DNA of 52,081 nucleotides from the NCBI GenBank assembly GCA_035530955.1, contig DATKTT010000164.1:1-52081 (forward strand). The letters are read 5' to 3'. The DNA comes from Williamwhitmania sp. (GTDB lineage Bacteria; Bacteroidota; Bacteroidia; Bacteroidales; Williamwhitmaniaceae). Of the stretch, positions 10,465-19,096 are shown piece after piece. Position 1 is the stretch's first letter, and every line of letters begins with the position of its first letter. Both the position numbers and the translations under genes were made by a program. The notes beneath the pieces were generated by a model. The model ran no database searches. It was not told the origin of the DNA and worked only from the letters and a program-made list of their open reading frames with translations.

Positions 10465-10561
10465 TGTGAATGGTTTTTTAAACAACTGCTTAAAGGTCAA
10501 AATATTTTTCTGATTGTAAAAATAGCGGGATTTTTTAAGATGGAAGAGGGTTCGGGGAAAC

Positions 10562-10585
10562 AAAAAAACCAAGCGAAAGGCTTGG
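10562..10585 (-). terminator. Intrinsic terminator after siaB-siaC
   Basis: CCAAGC-gaaag-GCTTGG hairpin next to an A-run (U-tract on the minus strand). Confidence 0.6.
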
Positions 10586-10609
10586 CTCTATGTTTACCAT
10601 CAAAGAAAA

Positions 10610-11017
10610 TTAGTAGTCATAGTAATTAAACGGTAGGCAAACGAGGTCGCTTAGCTCTTCACCGGACTCTTTTATTTCGTCGTCGTCCGATTCATAGTAC
10701 CAGTTTATCACCACGCGGTTACCTTTCTCATGGATTTTGCGCAATTCAAATAGTATGTCAAGCAAAAACTTGGCAGAGGATGAGTTAAAATAGGTCATCC
10801 GAAAGTTCATGGTAATTAACGCTTTGTCGAACTCCGTGTTATTTACCACAACCTCTTCGATGTAATCTTGAACCCATTTCACAACTGGTTTATAATAACC
10901 AATTACGTTCTCAGGTCTGGAAAACCCAGAAATATTGAGTACGTTTTGTACCGGGTCAAAGTGCAAATCTGGTGTAAACTCAGTTGGCTCTAATATTAGT
11001 GGTTTCATTGTAGTCAC
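10610..11017 (-). CDS. SiaC-family (DUF1987) phosphoprotein
   Basis: T.FTP..F, ISGFSRPEN, YFNSSSAK, INWYY..DD.EI.E.GE. Confidence 0.88.
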   Translation of the reverse strand: MTTMKPLILEPTEFTPDLHFDPVQNVLNISGFSRPENVIGYYKPVVKWVQDYIEEVVVNNTEFDKALITMNFRMTYFNSSSAKFLLDILFELRKIHEKGNRVVINWYYESDDDEIKESGEELSDLVCLPFNYYDY

Positions 11018-11029
11018 TAGGTTTATTGA

Positions 11030-11542
11030 TTACTGGTGACAAATTGTTATATGGATTGAAAACAAAAAGTATTGCTCATCAATTGGATCAAAGGTATAAC
11101 CAATTTTATTCTCAGACACCTTAGCGATGTTGATAATTCCCAAGCCTGCACCTCCTCTATTGTTCACCGCGTTGTGGAGGATCGTGTTCTTGTACAACTC
11201 CTTTAGGCCAATACGATCAAGTGTGTTAACTAGGTCGAGGCGTTGCTTTAGGTTGGCAATTTTTTCAACACGTAAACTATTAGTTGCAGAAACGGTGAAG
11301 TTTTGAGGATCAATATTCAGCGTAAAAAATGGTGTATGAACAACTTGGTCGCCATTTTTCATGATATCCTGATGACGGTAGATGTTCTCAAGACTTTCAA
11401 CGATTGCGGCATACACCTTCTTTTTAATGGTAATATTCATGCCAAAATCATCTAAGATGGTAGTCATCTTATTGAGCAGGATACCAATTGCTTCGTAGCT
11501 TAGCGATCCGTTATGTGTAAGAAGAGATGTTTCCTTGATCAC
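11030..11542 (-). CDS. SiaB-family protein kinase (DUF6272-like)
   Basis: KKKVY..IVESLENIYRH, LKELYK, RGGAGLGIINIAKVS; directly upstream of a siaC-like gene. Confidence 0.85.
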   Translation of the reverse strand: MIKETSLLTHNGSLSYEAIGILLNKMTTILDDFGMNITIKKKVYAAIVESLENIYRHQDIMKNGDQVVHTPFFTLNIDPQNFTVSATNSLRVEKIANLKQRLDLVNTLDRIGLKELYKNTILHNAVNNRGGAGLGIINIAKVSENKIGYTFDPIDEQYFLFSIHITICHQ

Positions 11543-11662
11543 GTGCTGGTCCTCGATGTTTAAAAATGCTTGTGAAAGGTAGCAATTATTTTCAAAAGTG
11601 ATAAAAAAAAAGTAAGATGCTGCTAAGTTTCGAGCATTTGTTTGAGTTCAACAATTATTTGT

Positions 11663-11693
11663 AAAAAAGAGGAGGGAAATCAACCCTCCTCTT
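11663..11693 (-). terminator. Intrinsic terminator after dpp7
   Basis: AAGAGGAGGG-aaatcaa-CCCTCCTCTT with A-run. Confidence 0.75.
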
Positions 11694-11718
11694 AATGCAA
11701 TATGCCCTTTTTTAATCG

Positions 11719-13869
11719 TTACTTAACGATGGTCATTTCATCGATTAACCGTTTTGCTCCGGCAAATTTATCAATTATGAACAGGGTATAACGAACGTCG
11801 AGGCAAATGGTACGTTGGAGTTCTGGCTCAAAAGCGATGTCGCCGCTCATAGCCTCCCAGTTTCCATCGAATGCAGTTCCAATCAGCTGACCCTTGCCAT
11901 TGATTACTGGACTTCCAGAATTTCCTCCTGTAATGTCGTTGTTGGTGATGAAGTTAACTGGCATAACACCTTTATCGCCATAAGGTCCGTAATCCTTAGC
12001 GTTATAAAGTTCTTTCAACTTTGCAGGAACAACAAACTCCAAGTTGTCAGGATCTTCCTTCTCCATTACGCCCTTAAGAGTGGTTTTGTAATCGTAGTGA
12101 ACGGCGTCCATTGGGTAGTAATCGAGCACCTGGCCGTACGACATTCTCATTGTGAAGTTGGCGTCGGGGTAGTGTGCCTTTTGGGGTTCCATTGCCAGAA
12201 TGCCTGCAACGTATAGGCGATGCCCTTTCTCATAGTCGTCCTTGAAAGGCGTCATGCTCTTAGATGTCGCCCTCAGGGTAGTAATAATTGAATTGCCCAT
12301 TATAGCAGCAGGATCGTTATCGAGAACCTCCTTGCTGGGGTTTCCCACAAAGGCTAGAGCTTTAGCTTTGCTTGCAAAAATGGAAGAGGCATAGAGGTTA
12401 TCAATGTAGCTATCAGTGTTACCACCATACAGGGAGTCGATGGTAGCATAAAATGTGGGTAGGTAGCTAGCGTCAACTCTCGACTTATAAACTTTTACAA
12501 GGCTGAGGGCGACCTTTTTGTCGAGGGCCGTGCTAAAATCCTTGTAGAAATCTTCAAGTGCTTTTTTCCATTCTTTCTGAATAGTTGCCTTCTCCTCGTC
12601 GGTTTTGGCCATGGTGTAACGGCCAAAGTATGCCGTTGAAATACGGGCTGGGCTTAGAATTTCTGTACCCATTAGAAAGCATTCGTAAAGATTTTGCTGC
12701 GCATTGAGCATCTCTTTTCTGCCTTCTACCGCCGATTTAATTAGCGTAAGTGCATCACCATACTCCTTAACCCTATCAGGGCTCTGGTTAACCCATGCCA
12801 TGAATTTTTCTTCCTCTGCTTTTTTCGTGTCATAAACATGTAGGCGTTTCAACCCCTTGTTTTTGCCAATGGCGTTCTTCCAGTAGTTGCTCGACATGGC
12901 AAACTTGGAGGCGTACATGATACGGATTGTATCGTTGGCCTGCATATCTTTGGAGAGAATATCTTGACGTATGCCTCTATCGTAGATGCGATTTGGATTT
13001 ACAAGGTTCAGCGTTTCGTTTACCTCATAGGAGGTCATGTAGCGCTCGGTAGAACCAGGATAACCCATAATCATGGCAAAGTCATTTTTCTTAACCCCTT
13101 TAATGGAAATGGGGAAGTGGTATTTCGGCTTCAACGGCACGTTATCTTTTGAGTATTCTGCAGGGTTTCCATTCTTATCAGCATAAACTCTAAACAATGA
13201 GAAGTCGCCGGTGTGGCGTGGCCACATCCAGTTGTCGGTTTCTCCACCAAACTTGCCAATGGAAGAAGGAGGAGCTCCAACCATTCTAATATCCTTGTAA
13301 GTTTCGTAAACCAACATGTAGTAATTGTTACCTCCGAAGAAATTCTTAACCTGAGCATTGTAAAGTGTGCCTTGAGTTGCCTTGTCGGCAAGGGCCTTGC
13401 CAGCCCTGTTGGCAATCATATCGCGCTCACTCTCTGTTTTGGCAATCTTTACTGAGTCGAGAATTTGCTTGGTTACATCCTCGATGCGCACCAAGAAGGT
13501 AATCGTTAGTCCGGGGGTTGGAATTTCTTCCTGCATGGTTTGAGCCCAGAAACCATCCTTCAGGTAGTCGTTGTCCACCGTGCTATGCTCCTGAATGGCT
13601 TCGAAACCACAGTGGTGGTTGGTGAGGATTAAACCTTTGTCCGAAATTATTTCGCCGCTGCAACCGCGGCCAAAAATAATCACAGCATCCTTTAGGCTGG
13701 TTTTGTTAATGCTGTAGATGTCCTCAGCAGAAAGCTTAAAGCCTTCCTTTTTCATCTGCTTAATGTTGAGCTGCTGAATAAGGGGCAGTAGCCACATTCC
13801 TTCGTCGGCAATGGCAGGAGTGCCAAATATAAGGAATGCTCCAAGAAAAATAACCAGTAGTTTTTTCAT
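11719..13869 (-). CDS. dpp7: S46 dipeptidyl peptidase, DPP7 type
   Basis: ADEGMWL, TNHHC, NWMWPRHTGDFS, catalytic TGGNSGSP; FDGNWE has Gly at the S1 position (DPP7), not Arg (DPP11). Confidence 0.92.
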   Translation of the reverse strand: MKKLLVIFLGAFLIFGTPAIADEGMWLLPLIQQLNIKQMKKEGFKLSAEDIYSINKTSLKDAVIIFGRGCSGEIISDKGLILTNHHCGFEAIQEHSTVDNDYLKDGFWAQTMQEEIPTPGLTITFLVRIEDVTKQILDSVKIAKTESERDMIANRAGKALADKATQGTLYNAQVKNFFGGNNYYMLVYETYKDIRMVGAPPSSIGKFGGETDNWMWPRHTGDFSLFRVYADKNGNPAEYSKDNVPLKPKYHFPISIKGVKKNDFAMIMGYPGSTERYMTSYEVNETLNLVNPNRIYDRGIRQDILSKDMQANDTIRIMYASKFAMSSNYWKNAIGKNKGLKRLHVYDTKKAEEEKFMAWVNQSPDRVKEYGDALTLIKSAVEGRKEMLNAQQNLYECFLMGTEILSPARISTAYFGRYTMAKTDEEKATIQKEWKKALEDFYKDFSTALDKKVALSLVKVYKSRVDASYLPTFYATIDSLYGGNTDSYIDNLYASSIFASKAKALAFVGNPSKEVLDNDPAAIMGNSIITTLRATSKSMTPFKDDYEKGHRLYVAGILAMEPQKAHYPDANFTMRMSYGQVLDYYPMDAVHYDYKTTLKGVMEKEDPDNLEFVVPAKLKELYNAKDYGPYGDKGVMPVNFITNNDITGGNSGSPVINGKGQLIGTAFDGNWEAMSGDIAFEPELQRTICLDVRYTLFIIDKFAGAKRLIDEMTIVK

Positions 13870-13921
13870 GATTTGAATTAGGGTTTAGTTTGGTTATAAT
13901 ATGCTTTGATTGCGTTAATGG

Positions 13922-14521
13922 TCAAAGGTTAAATTTTAGCTGTCGATTTGTTAGCGAAAAACTTTTTCGATGAAGCGATGAGATGCCGAATTGGTGAATC
14001 GCTTGGCGGTGGGTCAGCGTTGGGTAGCCCTTATTTTTGCTCCATCCGTATATTGGATAATCATCGTGTAACGCCTCCATTAGTTCGTCTCTGTAAGTTT
14101 TGGCTAGGATTGAGGCAGCGGCTATGCTTGCATAAATGCCATCGCCTTTTACAACGCAAAGGTGGGGCAGGTGGTTATACTTTTTGAATCGGTTACCATC
14201 AACTAAGATGAACTCAGGCCTCACAGAAAGATCGTCGAGCGCTTGATGCATAGCTAGAATGGAGGCATTTAGAATATTTATGCTATCGATAGTGGGCGCA
14301 TCAACTACCGCCACGCTATAAGCCACGGCCTCCCTCTCTATAACAGCGCGAAGGCGAATACGCTTTTTAGCCGACAGCTTCTTTGAATCGTTTATCTCCT
14401 CATTGCTAAAATTGGAGGGAAGAATAACGGCGGCGGCCACCACTGGTCCAGCAAGGCATCCTCTACCAGCTTCATCGCAGCCAGCCTCCAATTGGTTTTC
14501 AATATAGTATGGCTTAAGCAT
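13922..14521 (-). CDS. rnhB: Ribonuclease HII
   Basis: GCDEAGRG, DSKKL, VDGN, KGD..IAAASILAK, KGYPT. Confidence 0.97.
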   Translation of the reverse strand: MLKPYYIENQLEAGCDEAGRGCLAGPVVAAAVILPSNFSNEEINDSKKLSAKKRIRLRAVIEREAVAYSVAVVDAPTIDSINILNASILAMHQALDDLSVRPEFILVDGNRFKKYNHLPHLCVVKGDGIYASIAAASILAKTYRDELMEALHDDYPIYGWSKNKGYPTLTHRQAIHQFGISSLHRKSFSLTNRQLKFNL

Positions 14522-15660
14522 TACAGTATACTATTTTCTGATGCCACTTGCATGGTTGCATGCCAGAGGCGTTCTGCCGTTATGTCCCATGAAAACAATT
14601 TCACTCGCTCCAGCCCCTTGCTTACAAGTTCGTTGGCAAGTAGTGGATTAGTCGATAGCCTGATCATGGCTGCGGTAATCTCCTCCACACAAAATGGGTC
14701 TACCAGTAGCGCTGCATCTTGGGTAACTTCGGGAATCGATGTTCTGTTTGAGGCAATAATGGGAACTCCGCAGCGCATGGCCTCCACGAGAGGTATACCA
14801 AAACCTTCAAAGTAGGGTACAAATACTAGGGCAAATGCTGCGCCCATTACCTTTTGAAGTCGAGCAATGTTAAGCCTGCCGGTAAACACAACGTCGTCCT
14901 TATATACCATTTCACTATAGGCCTTACGAATGTCGGCCGTTTTAAACATTTTTTCACCAACCAGCACCAGCTTATACTGTTCGCCATGCTTTTGTCGAAA
15001 AAGGTCAAATGCCCGGATAAGTCTGGCAACATTCTTCCGTGGGTTGAATGCACCAACGAAAAGGAAGTAGGGCATTCCTTCGGTTAACAATGCCCGTTCA
15101 GCAGCGACCTCTTCCGTGGAGAGGATCTTGTACGAAGGATTTACCCCATTGTAGGCAACCTCTATTTTATCGGGAGTGAGGTTATAGGTTGAGGCGATGT
15201 CCGATTTTGAGTATTCTGAAACGGTGACAATGCGAGCAGCCTTTTTAGCAAACAGGGGAAAGAAATGGTTAAAATACCAGCCAGTAAGTATGGGCATTCC
15301 TTCGGGGTGGTGGGCAAAGTTTATATCGTGAATCACTGCAATGGAGGGCACCTTCGTTCTCATGGAGAGGTAACCATCGGGAGAAATAAAAATATCAATA
15401 TTGTTTTTCCTCAAAAAACGAGTGACTGAAAATTCAAACCAGATATACCATAGCACCGGATGGCGCGACTGTGGCGGAAGAACAACCGGAGTTACATTTT
15501 TGGCAAAAATATATTCGTTGCTATATGGCCTGTCGAACAAGAAAAAGAACTCGTGTTCCGGATGATTCCCAACAATACGTTTCAGCGTTTCATAGGTAAA
15601 CCAACCTATACCTTCCAGCCTGTTGGGCAAAAGGAGCCTTGTGTTGACAGCAATTTTCAT
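14521..15660 (-). CDS. GT4 glycosyltransferase
   Basis: IHD, TVSEYSK, PRKN, EGFGIPLVEAM; start at ATG 15660 (MKIAVN); stop overlaps the rnhB start (TAATG). Confidence 0.92.
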   Translation of the reverse strand: MKIAVNTRLLLPNRLEGIGWFTYETLKRIVGNHPEHEFFFLFDRPYSNEYIFAKNVTPVVLPPQSRHPVLWYIWFEFSVTRFLRKNNIDIFISPDGYLSMRTKVPSIAVIHDINFAHHPEGMPILTGWYFNHFFPLFAKKAARIVTVSEYSKSDIASTYNLTPDKIEVAYNGVNPSYKILSTEEVAAERALLTEGMPYFLFVGAFNPRKNVARLIRAFDLFRQKHGEQYKLVLVGEKMFKTADIRKAYSEMVYKDDVVFTGRLNIARLQKVMGAAFALVFVPYFEGFGIPLVEAMRCGVPIIASNRTSIPEVTQDAALLVDPFCVEEITAAMIRLSTNPLLANELVSKGLERVKLFSWDITAERLWHATMQVASENSIL

Positions 15661-15712
15661 AAAAAAAAACAATATTGAGCTAAGATAGTGGTTTTCTCCA
15701 AGCGCGCTTTAC

Positions 15713-15720
15713 TATATTTG
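15713..15720 (+). promoter_or_regulatory. Sigma-A -7 box (TATATTTG) for the flippase gene
   Basis: TAnnTTTG 26 nt before GTG 15747. Confidence 0.55.
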
Positions 15721-15746
15721 AAGTCCCAAACCTGAAATTAACCTAA

Positions 15747-17192
15747 GTGAAGAAGACTTTTCTCACTAACCTTCTTTTACTCCTGTTCCTGAATCTTTTG
15801 GTAAAGCCATTCTGGATTCTGGGGATTGATCGTACGGTGCAGAACACCGTTGGGGCTTCGGAGTATGGATTTTACTTCTCGCTATTCAGCTTCTCCATCC
15901 TGTTTAACATACTCCTCGATTTGGGTATTACCAACTTCAACAACAGGGAGATATCCATGCACCCGCAGCTGCTTACAAAGTATTTCTCAAATCTTTCACT
16001 GCTTAAACTTTTTCTTGGTGGCGGCTACTTTGTGGTTAGCTTGGTGGTAGGTTATCTTATTGGCTATGGCCCACGGCACCTTTACATGCTCTCTTTTTTA
16101 CTCTTCAACCAGCTGCTGGCATCGCTCATTCTCTACCTTCGGTCGAACCTAAGTGGCTTGCAATACTTTAAAACGGACTCAGTAATGTCGGTGCTCGACA
16201 GGGTGTTAATGATTATTCTCTGCGGCTTTCTTCTCACAAGCAAAAGTTTAAGCATCTCGTTTCGAATAGAGTGGTTTGTATATGCACAATCGATTTCCTA
16301 TGCTACAACGGCAGTAATTGCGTTTGCCTTGGTATATCGGCACGTCACTTTTTTTAGGCCAAGGCTCGACGTGGTCTTTCTGCTTTCCATTTTTAAGCGC
16401 AGCTATCCATTTGCCCTTTTTTCGCTCCTAATGGTGTTTTACTACCGTATCGACAGCGTGATGCTGGAACGTATGCTGCCCAATGGCGAGCAGCAGGCGG
16501 GTATTTATGCTCAGGCCTTCCGCCTTCTCGATGCCGCTAACATGGTTCCTCTCCTTTTTGCTGGTTTGCTAATGCCTATATTCTCCTCCATGCTTTCCCG
16601 CAAGGAGGATGTGATTCCATTAATGAAGCTCTCGTTCAACTTGCTTATTACACCAGTGGTGGGGCTCGCCTCCTTTGTGTTTTGGTATCGTCACGAAACC
16701 ATTGACCTGTTATATCATAGCCATGTGAATGCATCGGCTTCAATTCTGGGGTTGCTAATGATTTCCTTTGTAGCCATAAGTGCTACCTATATTTACGGAA
16801 CGCTGCTCACCAGTAATGGGAACTTGCGATACCTTAACTATATATCACTATTTGGGGTAGTGGTAAATGTTCTGCTTAACTTCCTGTTAATCCCTACGCT
16901 TGGCCCCGTTGGGGCTGCAATAGCAAGCTTAGCCACACAGCTTGTTGCAGCAGGGCTGCAGCTATACCTTTGTTACTCTATTTTCAAAATCAGGATAGCT
17001 ATTAAGGAAAGCGTGTTGCAGCTATTGTATCTGCTCGTTGCCATTCTGGTCCCCGTGGTTACCCACCTATTAATTCCACGACTGCTATTTGGATTTATTA
17101 TTTCATTGGTTGTATGCTTTGCAGCGGCCATTATTCTTAAAAGAATTAACTTTGCAGTACTTTTTAAAATCCTCAAGCAGGAAGAACTTTAG
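15747..17192 (+). CDS. Polysaccharide flippase (Wzx/MOP family)
   Basis: About 13-14 TM helices; YGFYF, DLG, RIDSVML, AGIYAQAFRL, N.LLIP..G..GAA.A. Confidence 0.88.
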   Translation: MKKTFLTNLLLLLFLNLLVKPFWILGIDRTVQNTVGASEYGFYFSLFSFSILFNILLDLGITNFNNREISMHPQLLTKYFSNLSLLKLFLGGGYFVVSLVVGYLIGYGPRHLYMLSFLLFNQLLASLILYLRSNLSGLQYFKTDSVMSVLDRVLMIILCGFLLTSKSLSISFRIEWFVYAQSISYATTAVIAFALVYRHVTFFRPRLDVVFLLSIFKRSYPFALFSLLMVFYYRIDSVMLERMLPNGEQQAGIYAQAFRLLDAANMVPLLFAGLLMPIFSSMLSRKEDVIPLMKLSFNLLITPVVGLASFVFWYRHETIDLLYHSHVNASASILGLLMISFVAISATYIYGTLLTSNGNLRYLNYISLFGVVVNVLLNFLLIPTLGPVGAAIASLATQLVAAGLQLYLCYSIFKIRIAIKESVLQLLYLLVAILVPVVTHLLIPRLLFGFIISLVVCFAAAIILKRINFAVLFKILKQEEL

Positions 17193-17273
17193 TTAAATAT
17201 TTTTCCGAGTTGTTTTATTCCGATAGAAAATATATTTTTAAGGTGGAATAAAATCACTTAACAACCTAGAATT

Positions 17274-17789
17274 GTGATGGAAGTTCTTCTCGAAAAGACA
17301 ACCGATACACCCCTAATTCATTTCGCTCCAGGACTGCTCGTTATAGAAGGACGGTCAATTACGGAGGATATTTTAGGATTTTGGAATCCGCTATTGGCGT
17401 GGACTGCTCAGTATATTAAAGAGCCTGAAAAGCATACCTTAGTCGAAATTGGGCTGGAGTACATCAATAGTAGCTCCAGTAAATTCATCAACGAGATTCT
17501 TCAAATGCTCGCATCGGTGAAGGATAAAGGTATGGTTTTGGAGGTCAACTGGAATTACGAGGAGGACGACGAGTCTATTTTGCAGCTGGGTAGAGACCTG
17601 GAATCCCTTTGTGGGACTAAGTTTAACTTTAAAGAAATCGATACCGTTCGGGAGCGAGCTCGAAAGTTAACCATACGGCGAAAGAAAACAGGCGAGGAGT
17701 ATACCATTACTGGCCGTTACTGGGAGTCGGTTGTGCGAAATGGGCACAGCGAGGAGTATGAGGTTATTGAAAAAAAGGAAGACAACTAG
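17274..17789 (+). CDS. SiaC-family (DUF1987) protein with C-terminal extension
   Basis: T.DTP, IEGRSITED, LEYINSSSSK, VNWNYEEDDESI..LG, plus about 45 extra residues. Confidence 0.85.
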   Translation: MMEVLLEKTTDTPLIHFAPGLLVIEGRSITEDILGFWNPLLAWTAQYIKEPEKHTLVEIGLEYINSSSSKFINEILQMLASVKDKGMVLEVNWNYEEDDESILQLGRDLESLCGTKFNFKEIDTVRERARKLTIRRKKTGEEYTITGRYWESVVRNGHSEEYEVIEKKEDN

Positions 17790-17806
17790 AACTAACTAGT
17801 GCAAAA

Positions 17807-18196
17807 ATGGACAACCTAGAGGTAGCAGAGACTATTACTACACCGGCTATATCATTTAACTCGTCCACGGGACGACTGTTTATTAACGGGAAATCAATAC
17901 CCGAAAACGTATTTGACTTTTTTACACCTGTGCTAAGCTGGATAGACGAATATTCGAGCACCCCTAATCCTCAAACGGTTCTTGAACTAAAGTTGGAGTA
18001 TTTTAACACTAGCTCCTCGAAGCGGATTTTCGACATTATGAAGCGCATGGAAAAGTTGGCCATGAGCGATCTCTCTAAGGTTACCATTATTTGGTACTAC
18101 GAGGAGGATGACGAGGATATCTATTTCGCTGGCAACGACTACAAGGCCATCCTCAACCAAAAGGTGGACTTTCGGATGGTGGAGATTGATGCCTGA
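17807..18196 (+). CDS. SiaC-family (DUF1987) protein
   Basis: GKSIPEN, canonical LEYFNTSSSK, WYYEEDDED. Confidence 0.9.
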   Translation: MDNLEVAETITTPAISFNSSTGRLFINGKSIPENVFDFFTPVLSWIDEYSSTPNPQTVLELKLEYFNTSSSKRIFDIMKRMEKLAMSDLSKVTIIWYYEEDDEDIYFAGNDYKAILNQKVDFRMVEIDA

Positions 18197-18343
18197 TTTT
18201 TCCTTCGTTCACAACATCATTTTAACATTCCTCTCCTCCTGCCTTCCCCCTGATTTAGATTAGGGAAAAAAGTGACATTCAAACTGGTGTTCACTAGTTG
18301 TCAAATCTGAACCATACGATTTCTAGAGAGATATTATAAAAAA

Positions 18344-18377
18344 GAAAAGCCTCGAAGATGCAAATCTTCGAGGCTTT
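18344..18377 (-). terminator. Terminator downstream of the tRNA-like copy
   Basis: AAAGCCTCGAAGAT-gcaa-ATCTTCGAGGCTTT perfect stem with A-run; homologous to the hairpin at 18704-18740. Confidence 0.75.
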
Positions 18378-18378
18378 G

Positions 18379-18448
18379 TAGTAGCATGTTCAGGACTCGA
18401 ACCTGTGTCCGGCGGCTGCCGGATATGAGCCCAACGAGCTACCGCTGC
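18379..18448 (-). pseudogene. Modified partial copy of tRNA-fMet (D-arm to 3' end) with a 16-nt hairpin substitution
   Basis: Minus strand GCAGCGGTAGCTCGTTGGGCTCATA-TCCGGCAGCCGCCGGA-CACAGGTTCGAGTCCTG-AACAT-GCTACTA aligns to the tRNA at 38141-38213; no 5' acceptor strand. Confidence 0.85.
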
Positions 18449-18686
18449 AAGAGGAGGGTTCGTATGAAAATTCTTCCTTGGTGGGATTTGAGTTCCCGTT
18501 CCCGCTGCATGGCTTCGGCCTTGGTGGAAAATGTTTCCGAGTAGAGCAGCGTCCAGGGTTGGTATTTTCGGGTCCATCCTTTGCTGAGGGGATGGTTGTG
18601 AACCTCGACTCGACCTTGGAGGCTGGAGGTAAACCCCACGTATATCTTGCTGTGGGTTTCAGAGTAAAGGACGTAGGCATAAACAT
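18439..18686 (-). pseudogene. Small stand-alone GIY-YIG nuclease, 1-nt frameshift right after the ATG (or sequencing error)
   Basis: Frame reads YAYVLYSETHSKIYVGFTSSLQGRVEVHN..KGWTRKYQPWTLLYSETF.TKAEAMQRERELKSHQGR (Y..L/YVG.T, R..HN, E). ATG at 18686 is one base out of frame (ATGTTTATG vs expected ATGTTTTAT). Confidence 0.82.
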
Positions 18687-18703
18687 AGCCCTAAATATAA
18701 CGC

Positions 18704-18740
18704 AAAAAAAAACCTCGAAGACTTTCATCTTCAAGGTTTT
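18704..18740 (-). terminator. Original tRNA-fMet terminator, displaced by the island
   Basis: AAAACCTCGAAGA-ctttca-TCTTCAAGGTTTT imperfect stem with an A9 run, adjacent to the att site. Confidence 0.6.
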
Positions 18741-18741
18741 C

Positions 18742-18756
18742 TAGTAGCGGGGACAG
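18742..18756. repeat. att site (displaced tRNA 3' end), TAGTAGCGGGGACAG
   Basis: Identical to 38138-38152. Confidence 0.93.
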
Positions 18757-18870
18757 AAATTTTGACTGCAAATAAAGGAAGATAAATGCAGCTATATCCC
18801 TGTAATACAATACTGTAAATATAATATTTTTTCTCTTTTTTATTCTTTTTTTCACTCTATTGTCTTATAA

Positions 18871-18888
18871 TTGTAACTATACTGTAAC
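18871..18888. repeat. Putative integrase arm-type sites TTGTAACTATACTGTAAC
   Basis: Near-identical to TTGTAACTGTATTGTAAC at 38073-38090; paired TGTAAC 11 bp apart. Confidence 0.6.
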
Positions 18889-19096
18889 TCGATAAAAGAT
18901 TGAATATCAGACAATAATGTTTTGTTAGGTGAAATGATTGAGTTATACGAATTGTAGTTACATTTTCACACCGATTTCTTGCTTTCTGAACACAGAGTGT
19001 TTGTAATTCACAGGATTACAGACACTTGTGGTGTTAGTTCATTTTTCTGATTTTCAATCGTATAACAGTGCTATTAATTATTAAAGAGATTGAATT

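Noticed and set aside
15661-15669. A9 tract at the GT4 start as a phase-variation switch
   Set aside because: It lies upstream of the likely ATG (15660), not in the coding frame; such tracts are common in Bacteroidota UTRs.
18379-18448. Second functional tRNA-Met, or a tRNA with an intron
   Set aside because: The 5' acceptor strand is missing, the 3' anticodon-stem strand is replaced rather than interrupted, and the 3' acceptor strand is altered, so no cloverleaf can form.
18390-18734. 114-aa ORF and the other overlapping ORFs (18323-18577, 18478-18744)
   Set aside because: Alternative frames of the GIY-YIG/tRNA-copy unit; only the 18439 frame has recognisable motifs.
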